Assembly (NCBI GenBank): GCA_041650835.1
Contig: JBAZKL010000002.1
Coordinates: 602,435-666,434, forward strand
Length of the DNA stretch: 64,000 nucleotides
Direction of reading: 5' to 3'
From: Candidatus Omnitrophota bacterium
GTDB lineage: Bacteria; Omnitrophota; Gorgyraeia; Gygaellales; Profunditerraquicolaceae
Shown one piece after another: positions 1 to 9,382 of the stretch (the first letter of the stretch is position 1; the number at the start of each line of letters is the position of its first letter). Made by a program: the position numbers and the translations under genes. The notes beneath the pieces were generated by a model, which searched no databases, was not told the origin of the DNA, and saw only the letters and a list, made by a program, of their open reading frames with translations.

Positions 1-707
1 AGAAAGATCAAATTATGGAATGTCAATGAATCAGCTCCCGCGCGCTCTGCAACGCCAAGCATCTCCTCGAGACGCTGATAATTATACCGATTGATAGTGC
101 ACTGCAGATTAACCAGCGGCTTACCATTACCCGTCTTTTTCTTAAAACCGCGGATCATTTCGAGGCCGGCCATGACCTTTTCGAATAAGCCGGGAAACCC
201 GCGGATCTGATCATGTAAAGCGGCATCCCCGTCAAGAGAAAGATTTAATTCATCCAACCCGCTTTCTACCAACTCACCTGCTTTATCCTGAATGAGAGAA
301 CCATTGGTAATGATCAGGCAATGCATCCCTTTTTGTTTTATATATTTTATGGCCTCAATGCACGCGGGATGCAATAAGGGTTCTCCTCCAAAAAGGGTGA
401 TATTCGGAGAAAATGCCGAGACATCATCAATAACCTCTTTAATCCCGTCAAAAGACAATTCCTCCTGAATAAAGCTTTTACCTTGTTTGGCGGTTACCCC
501 CGACTCCCCCCATTGGCCGCACATATGGCAGCGTAAATTACAACGATGCGTCAAGAATAAAGTTATTGCTTCCGGATATCCGCTGTAGCCGTCAGTCAGG
601 TAATAAGCGGCATACGCGCCCAAGCGCTTCAAAAATACCCGATAGGCATATCCCGGCTGCTTTAATGCCTTACTCGCAAAACGCCTCAAATTTCTCAACG
701 ACAGCAT
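1..707 (-). CDS. Radical SAM (SPASM-type) enzyme, 5'-partial at the window edge. The start codon is at 705-707 and the gene is truncated by the window at position 1.
   Basis: The reverse-strand translation gives MLSLRNLRRF...LTHRCNLRCHMCGQWGES, which is the CxxxCxxC radical-SAM cluster motif. GGEPLL follows downstream. This ORF is not in the supplied track because it is open at the window edge. Confidence 0.75.
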   Translation of the reverse strand, partial: MLSLRNLRRFASKALKQPGYAYRVFLKRLGAYAAYYLTDGYSGYPEAITLFLTHRCNLRCHMCGQWGESGVTAKQGKSFIQEELSFDGIKEVIDDVSAFSPNITLFGGEPLLHPACIEAIKYIKQKGMHCLIITNGSLIQDKAGELVESGLDELNLSLDGDAALHDQIRGFPGLFEKVMAGLEMIRGFKKKTGNGKPLVNLQCTINRYNYQRLEEMLGVAERAGADSLTFHNLIF

Positions 708-754
708 ATACCCCCCCACCGTGTATCAATTACCCGTGAACGCGCCGCTCTTTT

Positions 755-1945
755 TCAACTCGACGCCGCCTCATCAATAATATAGATCATTTTCAAAAGT
801 AAATGATCAGGCACATCAGGATGTACAGGCAGCGTCAAGAGATGAGCCGCTAAATAGCAGGCATGAGGAAAAGCAGCAGGTTGATAACCCAGTTCAAACA
901 TATGATGCAGCGGCCTTAAATACATCCGGGACGCTTCTATGCCGGCTTTCCATAAACGTTTCCTTACTTCTTCTACTTTATTGATATCCTTAAATACCAC
1001 CGGCAGCCGGTTGAAGACCGCGCGCGCATCAGGAGCGATGCGAGGTAAAATAATACCCTTTGATGCCTGCAGCGACTCGATGATCCGCATGCCATAACGG
1101 TTCCTGCGGGTAAAAAACTCCTCAGCCTTCTTCAAAAGCATTAATCCCAGACCGGCTGAAAAATTGGTGATCTTCTCAACGCTGAAATCACGCGGCGGAT
1201 GCGTTGATTTAAACAGAGATATTAACGGAAATCCCGCCCCATACAAAAAGGGATTAACCGCCTGGCCGAAGGCAAAGGTCTTAGCCGCGAGGATGCTGTT
1301 ACCCCATATCCCCTCCCGTTTAAATAACCGGGCATAGAGCCTCGAACTGATCTCGGCCAATTCTTTGGAATTGGTCATAAGCGCCCCGCCCGCATAGGCC
1401 GATAAATTCTTACCCCGGTTAAAGCTCAAGAAACTGATATCACTAAAGCTTCCTACCGGCTTAGCGTCTACCCTGCTGCCCATTGCCTGGGCGCAATCTT
1501 CGATCACAAAAACATCACGCCTGATTTTCTCCCGGATACGCCCGACCGACTGCATGCCTATGCCAAACATATGCACGCAAACAACTGCCAGGGTATCCGC
1601 TGATACCGCAGCAAACAATGATTCGGCATCAGCATTAAAATCGTCCATGCTGATATCGCATAAAACCGGCTTCAACCCTGCTTTTTTAACCGCGACCACA
1701 AGGCTGCCGGCAGTATAAGCAGGCAGAACCACTTCTTTCTTGTCCGATTTCTCCCGCAGGACCATAAGGGCTAAATATAACGAAGCAATGCCTGAATTGA
1801 CCAGGTAGACATATTTTTGCTGCATCTGCAACGATACCGCGAAAGAAAACTCGTTAGAAATAAACGCATCCCTGCTGTGGCGCACAGCATAGGCAAGATC
1901 ACCGAGGTCAAATACCCCTCCTATAATAGGGATTTTCGCGATCAT
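755..1945 (-). CDS. DegT/DnrJ/EryC1/StrS-family PLP-dependent sugar aminotransferase
   Basis: The 396-aa ORF has the family layout, including the SFNRGKNL lysine region and the ...VFVIEDCAQAMGS motif. Confidence 0.85.
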   Translation of the reverse strand: MIAKIPIIGGVFDLGDLAYAVRHSRDAFISNEFSFAVSLQMQQKYVYLVNSGIASLYLALMVLREKSDKKEVVLPAYTAGSLVVAVKKAGLKPVLCDISMDDFNADAESLFAAVSADTLAVVCVHMFGIGMQSVGRIREKIRRDVFVIEDCAQAMGSRVDAKPVGSFSDISFLSFNRGKNLSAYAGGALMTNSKELAEISSRLYARLFKREGIWGNSILAAKTFAFGQAVNPFLYGAGFPLISLFKSTHPPRDFSVEKITNFSAGLGLMLLKKAEEFFTRRNRYGMRIIESLQASKGIILPRIAPDARAVFNRLPVVFKDINKVEEVRKRLWKAGIEASRMYLRPLHHMFELGYQPAAFPHACYLAAHLLTLPVHPDVPDHLLLKMIYIIDEAASS

Positions 1946-2604
1946 AATTTAACAGCCTCCACGATAATAACAGGAGCGCAACGTTTTATTAAGGAACCTG
2001 CATACACCCGCCGAACGGGAGAGAAGCCTAATTCGCTCAGTAAGGATTCAATACGCTGCGGGTGATAGGTATTAAGCGGTAAATCACTGACTGTCCGGTC
2101 ATAGTAGCCTGCCAGGCGGAATTTAAGCCGCATGAACCAATTACGGGAATTACGAAAATCAAAAATAACTTTCCCCGACCGCTTGCATACGCGCCTGATC
2201 TCCTGAAATGCCTGGCGTACGGTGTCAAACGATTCCATATTCAAAAGGACATTCACGCATACCACCGTATCGAAGTATTCGTCTTCGAAAGCCAGCTTCG
2301 GCGCAGATGACTTCAACACGGTAATATTCGTAAGGCCCTGTTCCTTTATTCTTTCCCCGGCCCGGCGCAGCCTCGCCTCATCAAAATCAATACCCCAAAG
2401 ACGCATCTGAGGATTCTGCCTGGCGAGTTGTGTTATAAACAATCCTTCTCCACAGCCGACTTCAAGTCCCCTGCCGGATGCGCCGCGGCACATTTCCAGC
2501 GCCTGCCTGCGGATCTTATCCTGCCAATAACCGCTGGAATATTCTCCCCGCTCATCTTTTTTGGAAACATACCGGTGCAGCCAATAATAAAGCCTGGTGA
2601 TCAT
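1942..2604 (-). CDS. Class I SAM-dependent methyltransferase
   Basis: Motif I is present as LEVGCGEGLF, and the fold is Methyltransf_11/25-like. Confidence 0.8.
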   Translation of the reverse strand: MITRLYYWLHRYVSKKDERGEYSSGYWQDKIRRQALEMCRGASGRGLEVGCGEGLFITQLARQNPQMRLWGIDFDEARLRRAGERIKEQGLTNITVLKSSAPKLAFEDEYFDTVVCVNVLLNMESFDTVRQAFQEIRRVCKRSGKVIFDFRNSRNWFMRLKFRLAGYYDRTVSDLPLNTYHPQRIESLLSELGFSPVRRVYAGSLIKRCAPVIIVEAVKL

Positions 2605-2616
2605 CGTTTGCGCCCT

Positions 2617-3513
2617 TTATATAAGAAATTGTTGAAGGCCCTCGGGGAAACAGGAAAACTTATCTTTTTCATTGATATAAAGCATTTTATAAAGCCAAAT
2701 CAAAAGTAAAACATTTCTCTCCCTCTCCCCCAACCCGACGGATGAAGCGTACTGATTGATCTTTTCTTTAACCATCGCGGACAACGAACTATCCCGCGCG
2801 TAAAACAAATTAAAATATGCCAAAAAACACTCCGGTTGAAGATAAACATCTTTTTTCTGCAACCTGAAGCGCGAATGGACATAGCGTAAAATAAACTCCA
2901 GGAGGTCAAGAAGCGGTAAACCAGAGCGGCGCATATTATCCCAATCGAGGACCACGACCTTGTTTTTTTTAAGCATGATATTAGCGGGCCTGAAATCGCC
3001 ATGGCAGCATACGACGGGAATTGACACATCGTTATGCGGGACACCGACAAAAAGGTCAGCGATATAGAAGCTTATTTTATCGAATAAAAAAGCTATTTTT
3101 TCCGCAGGTATCACCACCGGAGATTGCAGGGTTTTGCGATGAAAACCGGCAAGCCACTCGCCTGCCAAGCCCAGATGCGAGGAAAAACTTCTTTGCCAAA
3201 ACAGTTTTTGCCGTTGCGCAAGCGATTCTAAAGTAACGCCGCTGGTATATTCCTCAAATACCAGGCAGTACCTGCCGGCGTCGATAAGATCAAGCATTTT
3301 CGGGATAGAATCTTTTAACGGCTCTTCGCAGGTAAGCATGACCTGTTGCAACAGCTTCAGCTTCTCCTGAAGGCAGTCTTTTCCTGATCTATCATAAACC
3401 TTAACTATTGAAGTGGGTTCATTCTTGTTCTCCTGAAACGAAAAGAAAGTGACCCGGTCTTTATTCTTATGCAGGATATAACCGCTCATTTTATTATTAT
3501 CGGTAAAAAACAT
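2617..3513 (-). CDS. Aminoglycoside-phosphotransferase/choline-kinase-fold (APH-like) kinase
   Basis: The catalytic loop CCHGDFRPANIML and the downstream VLDWDNM (DxD) match the APH/ChoK family. Confidence 0.75.
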   Translation of the reverse strand: MFFTDNNKMSGYILHKNKDRVTFFSFQENKNEPTSIVKVYDRSGKDCLQEKLKLLQQVMLTCEEPLKDSIPKMLDLIDAGRYCLVFEEYTSGVTLESLAQRQKLFWQRSFSSHLGLAGEWLAGFHRKTLQSPVVIPAEKIAFLFDKISFYIADLFVGVPHNDVSIPVVCCHGDFRPANIMLKKNKVVVLDWDNMRRSGLPLLDLLEFILRYVHSRFRLQKKDVYLQPECFLAYFNLFYARDSSLSAMVKEKINQYASSVGLGERERNVLLLIWLYKMLYINEKDKFSCFPEGLQQFLI

Positions 3514-3515
3514 TC

Positions 3516-4589
3516 TTAATCCCCGGGTTGGGCCAGAATACTAAAATCAGGCACAAAATATTTAACCAGCTTATAAAAAAAGAATGCCCGCGCAAAAGCC
3601 AAAAGGCATGCCTGCATAGTATTGCGGGGCGTCACCAGGTTCTTTAAAAAGAACCTGACCGCGCGGTCATCATCAATGGATACAATATTATGAAAGCGCC
3701 GGTACGCGGGGATCGGGGCAAAAAAACGTATCCGGGAGAAACCTGCTTTTGTGAGCATCCGGATATGGCCTCCATACGTATAGGTATATTCTCTGAAATC
3801 ACGTTTTCTCATATGCCTGCTGTACATATTTGCCAGACGCCGCGGCAAGAGAGGCGCGAAACGCAGGCCCGAATGGGTATCCTTATACCCGAGAAAATTC
3901 AAGAATGACCACCTGTTTTCTATCGCCAAATATAAAAACCCGTCTTTTTTTAAGACCCGGCGTAATTCCTTGAGCGCCTCCAATTGAGCTCGATAGGGAT
4001 CTATCCCTTCCTCGACCGAAGGGATCCATTCCAAAACTCCGTTTAAAACAACCAAGTCAAAATAAGCTTCAGGCAGCGGCAGATGATTGCTCTGCCCGCA
4101 GACCGGAAAAAGATTACTCAGATTTTCGCTCTGCCTCCTCAAAGAAACAAACTCGACCCGGGAAATCGACGTGTCAAAAGCCACGACTTCTTTATAGATC
4201 CGGGAAAGTGCCACTGAAAGGGTCCCCCATCCGCAGCCAAGGTCCAATATCCGCGCGTCATCCTTGAGTGGAACGATAAAGTGCCAGTCCGCCCGTGATT
4301 CATCAAGGATATATTCATAATACGAAGGGTCTGTTTTAAGGAATTTTTCCTTTAAAGCCTCCTGCCAGCCTGCCTGTTTTGCGCGAGCGATCAAATCCTG
4401 CATAACTTCCCGGCTGTATTCACCCCAATATCCGGGTTTCTCCACGCAAAAATCAACAATGCCCTCTTTCACGCTCCAGCTGCGGCCGCAGGCCGGGCAG
4501 GAAAACGATATGCCGGCATTCTGCAGAGGCGCTTTACACAGCGGACAGGCAAATTCAAGACCCTGATATATATTCATAGCTTCACTCAT
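3516..4589 (-). CDS. SAM-dependent methyltransferase with an N-terminal Trm112-like zinc ribbon
   Basis: The ribbon is CPLCKAPL...CPACG and motif I is ILDLGCGWGTLS. The track ORF extends to 4679 but would overlap the upstream gene by 94 bp, so the internal start MSEAMN at 4589 is more plausible. Confidence 0.75.
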   Translation of the reverse strand: MSEAMNIYQGLEFACPLCKAPLQNAGISFSCPACGRSWSVKEGIVDFCVEKPGYWGEYSREVMQDLIARAKQAGWQEALKEKFLKTDPSYYEYILDESRADWHFIVPLKDDARILDLGCGWGTLSVALSRIYKEVVAFDTSISRVEFVSLRRQSENLSNLFPVCGQSNHLPLPEAYFDLVVLNGVLEWIPSVEEGIDPYRAQLEALKELRRVLKKDGFLYLAIENRWSFLNFLGYKDTHSGLRFAPLLPRRLANMYSRHMRKRDFREYTYTYGGHIRMLTKAGFSRIRFFAPIPAYRRFHNIVSIDDDRAVRFFLKNLVTPRNTMQACLLAFARAFFFYKLVKYFVPDFSILAQPGD

Positions 4590-5686
4590 GATTCTCGAGT
4601 TTTCCCGGGTAAAATGCCGGGTGCAAGCAACAGCAATGCTGCCTGCAGGACTGCTTGCGGCTGTATCACTTTTAAGCAACGCATGGTAGAACAGGTCATC
4701 TTATTACACGGCGCGCACACTGCCTTTTGATACAGGACCACCGCCTGAGGGAAAATATTCCTGGGATCAAAACGACGCAGGCTCCCGGGGCCAAAGAGCG
4801 CCACGAGCGGAGTTTTGAGGACAGCTGCGATATGCATCGGCCCGGTATCATTGGAAATATAAAGGCTGCAGCGCGAAATAAGCGCGGCGAGCTCATTAAG
4901 ATCAAGTTTGCCCGCCAGATTCAGCACTGCCGCGCCGGGAACTCCCGCCAATTGCCGGGCGATCCCGGACTCCTGTTTCCCCCCGGTAATCACGAATTTA
5001 AACTCACCTGACTTACTGATACCGGCGATGACCCGGCAAAAGTTTTCTGCCGGCCATCTGCGTGAAAATTCCCCTCCCGGATGAATACCGATAAGGCGGT
5101 CCTCTGCGCTTATATTCGACCGTTCAAGCAAAATAGACACCGCCTGATAACTTTCTTGAGAAATGGATATATTTATATTCCGATCGGGGACAGTGGCTCC
5201 CAACGCAGAAACCATTTCAATATCATATTCCATCTCCCCCTTATCTCCCGGCCAGGATTCAGGTATTTTAACATCAAAGAACCATCCCCGCTTCTGCGTG
5301 TCTCTCCCGGCAGAAACCTTCGCGGCGACCAAGCGGAACAGGAAAAACATCTTTAACGCGCTCACCCGGCTAAGCATGGTCCTCATATTAACTGCCAGGT
5401 CATAACGCTTCTTTCTGAGGAGGAAAAACAAACGCAGCCGGTGAATCGGCCCTTTTTTATAAAAATAAAACGTATCGAAAAGAGCGCGCCCCTGCAATAA
5501 TTCAGCAGCGCGTTCGGTCGCAAGGATATCTATGCGCGCTTGAGGGAATCTGAGCTTTAAAGCCTCAAGAGCAGGAGACGATAAAAGAAGGTCGCCGATC
5601 CCCCCCAGGTTTACCACCAGGATTCTTTTTATATCAGGTAATTCCATACTCTTTTTGTAAAATGATCTTAACTGCCTGAAAAACAT
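4586..5686 (-). CDS. Glycosyltransferase family 9 (heptosyltransferase-like)
   Basis: The N-terminus RILVVNLGGIGDLLLSSPALEALK is the GT9 signature. An alternative start at M14 (5647) would reduce the overlap with the upstream gene. Confidence 0.8.
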   Translation of the reverse strand: MFFRQLRSFYKKSMELPDIKRILVVNLGGIGDLLLSSPALEALKLRFPQARIDILATERAAELLQGRALFDTFYFYKKGPIHRLRLFFLLRKKRYDLAVNMRTMLSRVSALKMFFLFRLVAAKVSAGRDTQKRGWFFDVKIPESWPGDKGEMEYDIEMVSALGATVPDRNINISISQESYQAVSILLERSNISAEDRLIGIHPGGEFSRRWPAENFCRVIAGISKSGEFKFVITGGKQESGIARQLAGVPGAAVLNLAGKLDLNELAALISRCSLYISNDTGPMHIAAVLKTPLVALFGPGSLRRFDPRNIFPQAVVLYQKAVCAPCNKMTCSTMRCLKVIQPQAVLQAALLLLAPGILPGKTRES

Positions 5687-6701
5687 CCTCTATAGAAATA
5701 GCTTTCATGCACGCGTGGCTTAAACAATCGCCTTTTGAACAAGGGCTGCACGCAAGGTCCTTGCGGATAACGGCCGCTTGCTTTCCTGCCGGAGAATAGC
5801 GCAACGGGTCAGTGGGCCCCATCAATGAAACAACCGGGGTTCCTAAGGCGCCTGCCAGGTGCATCGGCCCGGAATTATTGCATATCAAAAGTTTACACCC
5901 GGATAATACCGAAATGAGCGCTTTTATATCAGTTAAGCGCGCCTGGGCCCTGCTGTCATTGATCCCTGCGACGATATCGCTGACCAGGTCTTTTTCTCCG
6001 GGAGCTCCCAGTACAACGATCTTGAGGGAATAGGTTCCCAGCAATTTCTTCGCTAATAAAGCAAAAGAAGATTTATCCCAGCGCTGCGTTGCGTAAAATC
6101 CTCCGGGATGTATGGCGATGATATCATCTTTTGCGCCCCGGCTACCTAGGTCAAGCTTTGGGGTATCGACCGTAACCGGGATCTTTAACCCCTTTAATAA
6201 TTCAAGGTTCAGCTGGGCCATATTTTTTCCGGGGCGCCGTAGCGGGTCGGCCGTATGGGTGAAAAAGATCTCTTTAAAACCAAACCGGAAACCCGCCCGG
6301 ACAGGCGCGGCGCTTATATACGCTAAAAAGGCTGAATCGAACCGGTAATCACAATGCATATCGATCGCCAGGTCATAGCCTGCCCGCCGGATCTTTACGG
6401 CGGCAGGTATTATTTTATCATAGACTTCGATATGGTCGATACTTTTAATCAACTCCGCCAATTCTTTCAAATAGGGGCGCACGACGATACTGATCGCTGC
6501 CTGCGGCAGCGCCAGCTTAAGATTATCAATTAACGGTAACGTTAAGATCAAATCCCCCATACGGTCGATCCTGACGATCAAAATGTTCGCGAAAGAAGCG
6601 CTCGTGCGCGCGCGGGGAGGATAAACGCACTTGAGCAGAAAAATAAACGGCAATCGCAAAACAAAATACACTTCCCTGAGTATTTTCTTAAGTACCGTCA
6701 T
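5634..6701 (-). CDS. Glycosyltransferase family 9 (heptosyltransferase-like), second copy
   Basis: ILIVRIDRMGDLILTLPLIDNLK and the C-terminal GPMHLAGALGTPVVSL match GT9. Confidence 0.8.
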   Translation of the reverse strand: MTVLKKILREVYFVLRLPFIFLLKCVYPPRARTSASFANILIVRIDRMGDLILTLPLIDNLKLALPQAAISIVVRPYLKELAELIKSIDHIEVYDKIIPAAVKIRRAGYDLAIDMHCDYRFDSAFLAYISAAPVRAGFRFGFKEIFFTHTADPLRRPGKNMAQLNLELLKGLKIPVTVDTPKLDLGSRGAKDDIIAIHPGGFYATQRWDKSSFALLAKKLLGTYSLKIVVLGAPGEKDLVSDIVAGINDSRAQARLTDIKALISVLSGCKLLICNNSGPMHLAGALGTPVVSLMGPTDPLRYSPAGKQAAVIRKDLACSPCSKGDCLSHACMKAISIEDVFQAVKIILQKEYGIT

Positions 6702-8674
6702 TTTAAGGGTAACGATCCTTTCAGGCGGGGCCTGGCGTAAACCTCCAGCGAATCAAAGCATAACCGGCCTGAAATAAAAGAAAAAAAGCTGTTGATAAGG
6801 TTCAAAACATGTTCCTGCCAACGCGCGCCGTTACAATCCCCCGATACGGCAATAACCTCAAATCCCGACATTTCTAATAACGCGACGAGTGTTTCTTTCT
6901 TAAAGAAATTCAGGTGTAATTCACGGTCTAAAGGGCTGAAAAGATGCGGCTTTTTCCCCTTGACCAGCCGGTAGATACCTCGAGAAAGCCAGTTATCGAG
7001 ATTGGGAAGGGCCAGAACAAGAATCCCGTCATCCTTGAGCAGGCTGCGCAGCTTCTTGATCACCGCCACGGGGTCCCGGGTATGCTCCAACACGTGCCAA
7101 AGCGTAACCGCGTCGAACTCACTGCCCGGCGACTCATACTCGGTAATGTCCCCCCGGAACACTTCGATACCGTATTTCTCTTTGATAAAACTCACCGCGT
7201 AAGAAGAGAATTCCGTCCCAAAAACGCGCCAACCGGCATTTTGAGCAGTCTCAAGAAACAAGCCGTCACCGCAGCCGACATCTAAAAGCCTGCCCTTATG
7301 CGGCGCTGCCGCATTCAACCGCTTAAGCCGGTTGTGCCACATCTTTTGACGGCTTAGCCTTTGTTGGGTGATCCATGGTTTATAATAATCCTGCGCGTAA
7401 TTCCCTGACAAGAGATCATCGGCAGGCAAAGGCCTCACAAAAGCGAAGCGGCACCCTGAACACTGTAAAACTTTATACCCGCAGCCTGAATCTTCCTTCA
7501 CTTTAAAAGCATACCCGCCGCAGAGCTGGCAAGGAGTATCAACGACTTGCGTATTTGCGGCCTCAGCATAAACTTTTTCAATCAACTCCATATGCCGGGA
7601 AACGGTATAAAACGACTTGTACCGTTTTAACGCCTCTTGTTGCAGGCGAAGTCGCTTAAGAGGATCTTTCAATAACGCGACTAAAGCCTCAGCCAGAGCG
7701 TTCGCGCGAGCCGGTTCCACGAACACTCCTGATAAGCCATCTTCAATGATCTCAGCTAAGCCTCCCACCCGGGAAGCGACAACACAGACCCCCATTGCCA
7801 TAGATTCGATCGCCACCCGCCCAAAACCCTCGGTCAATGTCCCTTGCTCATTCTTGATCTCTACCGAAGGGACAACAGTAATATCAAACGCTGCTATCCC
7901 CGGCAATATATCGCGGCGAAAACCCGGAAATAAAAACCGGTCCTCCAGATGAAATCTCTTCACGCATTCTTGCAACTTATGAAAATACTGTCTTTTATCA
8001 GGATCGGCTTCATTCGTATCGGCGAAAATCGCGAAATAAGCGTCAGGAAATTCTTTTCGCACCATAGCCGCTGCCTCGATGAAATATTCGTAACCCTTCA
8101 CCGGATGGATCCTTCCTACCGCGCCGATGAGTAAAGCGGATTCAGGTATAGACAACTCCCTGCGCAATGCTCCACGATCTAAAGACTGGGATTCCGGGAC
8201 CTCGACCGCATTAGCGATAATGCTGAATTTAGCGATATACTTTTTCCCCTTATCCAGGTGGTCCGCCGCAGCCTCGGATACAGCGATCACCTTTCTGGCG
8301 AGTGAGACAAACAAGCGGTCCCTCCAGCTAAACGGATAGATCACGCGTAAATGGCCGATACAGGGCACACCGGCAAGACATGCGGCAACCCCGGCGCGTA
8401 TATCCAGGGAATTCACATGCACCAGGCTTATCGAATACCGCTTCATAAAGCGCGCCAGTTTCCAGATGATCGTAAAATTGGAAAAAAAAGAACCGCGCTG
8501 AAAAACAAACACCTCAACTCCCTGCCCTTTAAGCGCTTCAACCAGGGCGCCTTCTGCGTAACAAACAACATACGGCCGGAACCTCTTCTTATCGAGGCGC
8601 TTCAAGATCAACTGCAGGCTCACCTCGCCTCCGCCTATATGGGGAAATACCGAAACATATAAGATATTTTCCAT
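6698..8674 (-). CDS. Bifunctional GT4 glycosyltransferase fused to a C-terminal zinc-ribbon plus class I SAM methyltransferase
   Basis: The N-terminal half is a GT4 (EGFGRVAIESMAMGVCVVASRVGG). A CQLCGG...CSGCRF zinc ribbon follows, and then methyltransferase motif I LLDVGCGDGLF. Confidence 0.8.
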   Translation of the reverse strand: MENILYVSVFPHIGGGEVSLQLILKRLDKKRFRPYVVCYAEGALVEALKGQGVEVFVFQRGSFFSNFTIIWKLARFMKRYSISLVHVNSLDIRAGVAACLAGVPCIGHLRVIYPFSWRDRLFVSLARKVIAVSEAAADHLDKGKKYIAKFSIIANAVEVPESQSLDRGALRRELSIPESALLIGAVGRIHPVKGYEYFIEAAAMVRKEFPDAYFAIFADTNEADPDKRQYFHKLQECVKRFHLEDRFLFPGFRRDILPGIAAFDITVVPSVEIKNEQGTLTEGFGRVAIESMAMGVCVVASRVGGLAEIIEDGLSGVFVEPARANALAEALVALLKDPLKRLRLQQEALKRYKSFYTVSRHMELIEKVYAEAANTQVVDTPCQLCGGYAFKVKEDSGCGYKVLQCSGCRFAFVRPLPADDLLSGNYAQDYYKPWITQQRLSRQKMWHNRLKRLNAAAPHKGRLLDVGCGDGLFLETAQNAGWRVFGTEFSSYAVSFIKEKYGIEVFRGDITEYESPGSEFDAVTLWHVLEHTRDPVAVIKKLRSLLKDDGILVLALPNLDNWLSRGIYRLVKGKKPHLFSPLDRELHLNFFKKETLVALLEMSGFEVIAVSGDCNGARWQEHVLNLINSFFSFISGRLCFDSLEVYARPRLKGSLPLK

Positions 8675-8698
8675 CCGCTCACCTTAAATGATCATACG

Positions 8699-9382
8699 TC
8701 ATTGGGCAACTCTTAATTTTAACAGGATCCACAATGCCAGGACACCGTCTTTCCAACTTGTTTTCTTGCCGTCTTCAATAGTCCGGGGATAATACGAGAT
8801 CGGGACTTCTACTATCCTTTTACCTTGCAGCAAAAGTTTAGCGGTAACTTCCGGACAAAATTCAAAGCCCTTGCAGGAAAGCGCCAAAGATTTCAGGACT
8901 TCAGATTTAAAGGCTTTATACCCTGTCGATTCATCGGTAAGGCAGCTGCCGTATAAAAGGTTAGTCCACCAGCTTAATAACCTGCCTCCCCAGTAAAAAG
9001 CCGCGTAAGAGCGTTTATTTGTTTTTTTGAGTATCCGGGAACCATAAACCACATCTGCTTCTCCCGAAAAAAGCGGCTTCAAAAGCGCCGGATAATCCTG
9101 AGGGTCATACTCGCAATCAGCGTCCTGTATCAGAATAAACTCTCCCTTGGCGCTCTTCATGCCTCTCCTGATCGCTAATCCCTTTCCGAGATTTTTGTGC
9201 TGGTTCAGGTAAATTACCGGAAAGCCGCATACTTGGGCCTCTGAGGCGGTCAGATCAGTCGAGCCGTCATCAACGACGATCACTTCGAAATCAAAATCAA
9301 GCTTCAAAGCAAAAATATCACATAAGACCTTTCCAAGCGTATGCTCCTCATTATACGCGGGGATTATAATACTGAGCTTCAT
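8699..9382 (-). CDS. GT2 glycosyltransferase (polyprenyl-phosphate sugar transferase-like)
   Basis: MKLSIIIPAYNEE...VVDDGSTD is the GT2 signature with a DxD. Confidence 0.85.
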   Translation of the reverse strand: MKLSIIIPAYNEEHTLGKVLCDIFALKLDFDFEVIVVDDGSTDLTASEAQVCGFPVIYLNQHKNLGKGLAIRRGMKSAKGEFILIQDADCEYDPQDYPALLKPLFSGEADVVYGSRILKKTNKRSYAAFYWGGRLLSWWTNLLYGSCLTDESTGYKAFKSEVLKSLALSCKGFEFCPEVTAKLLLQGKRIVEVPISYYPRTIEDGKKTSWKDGVLALWILLKLRVAQ

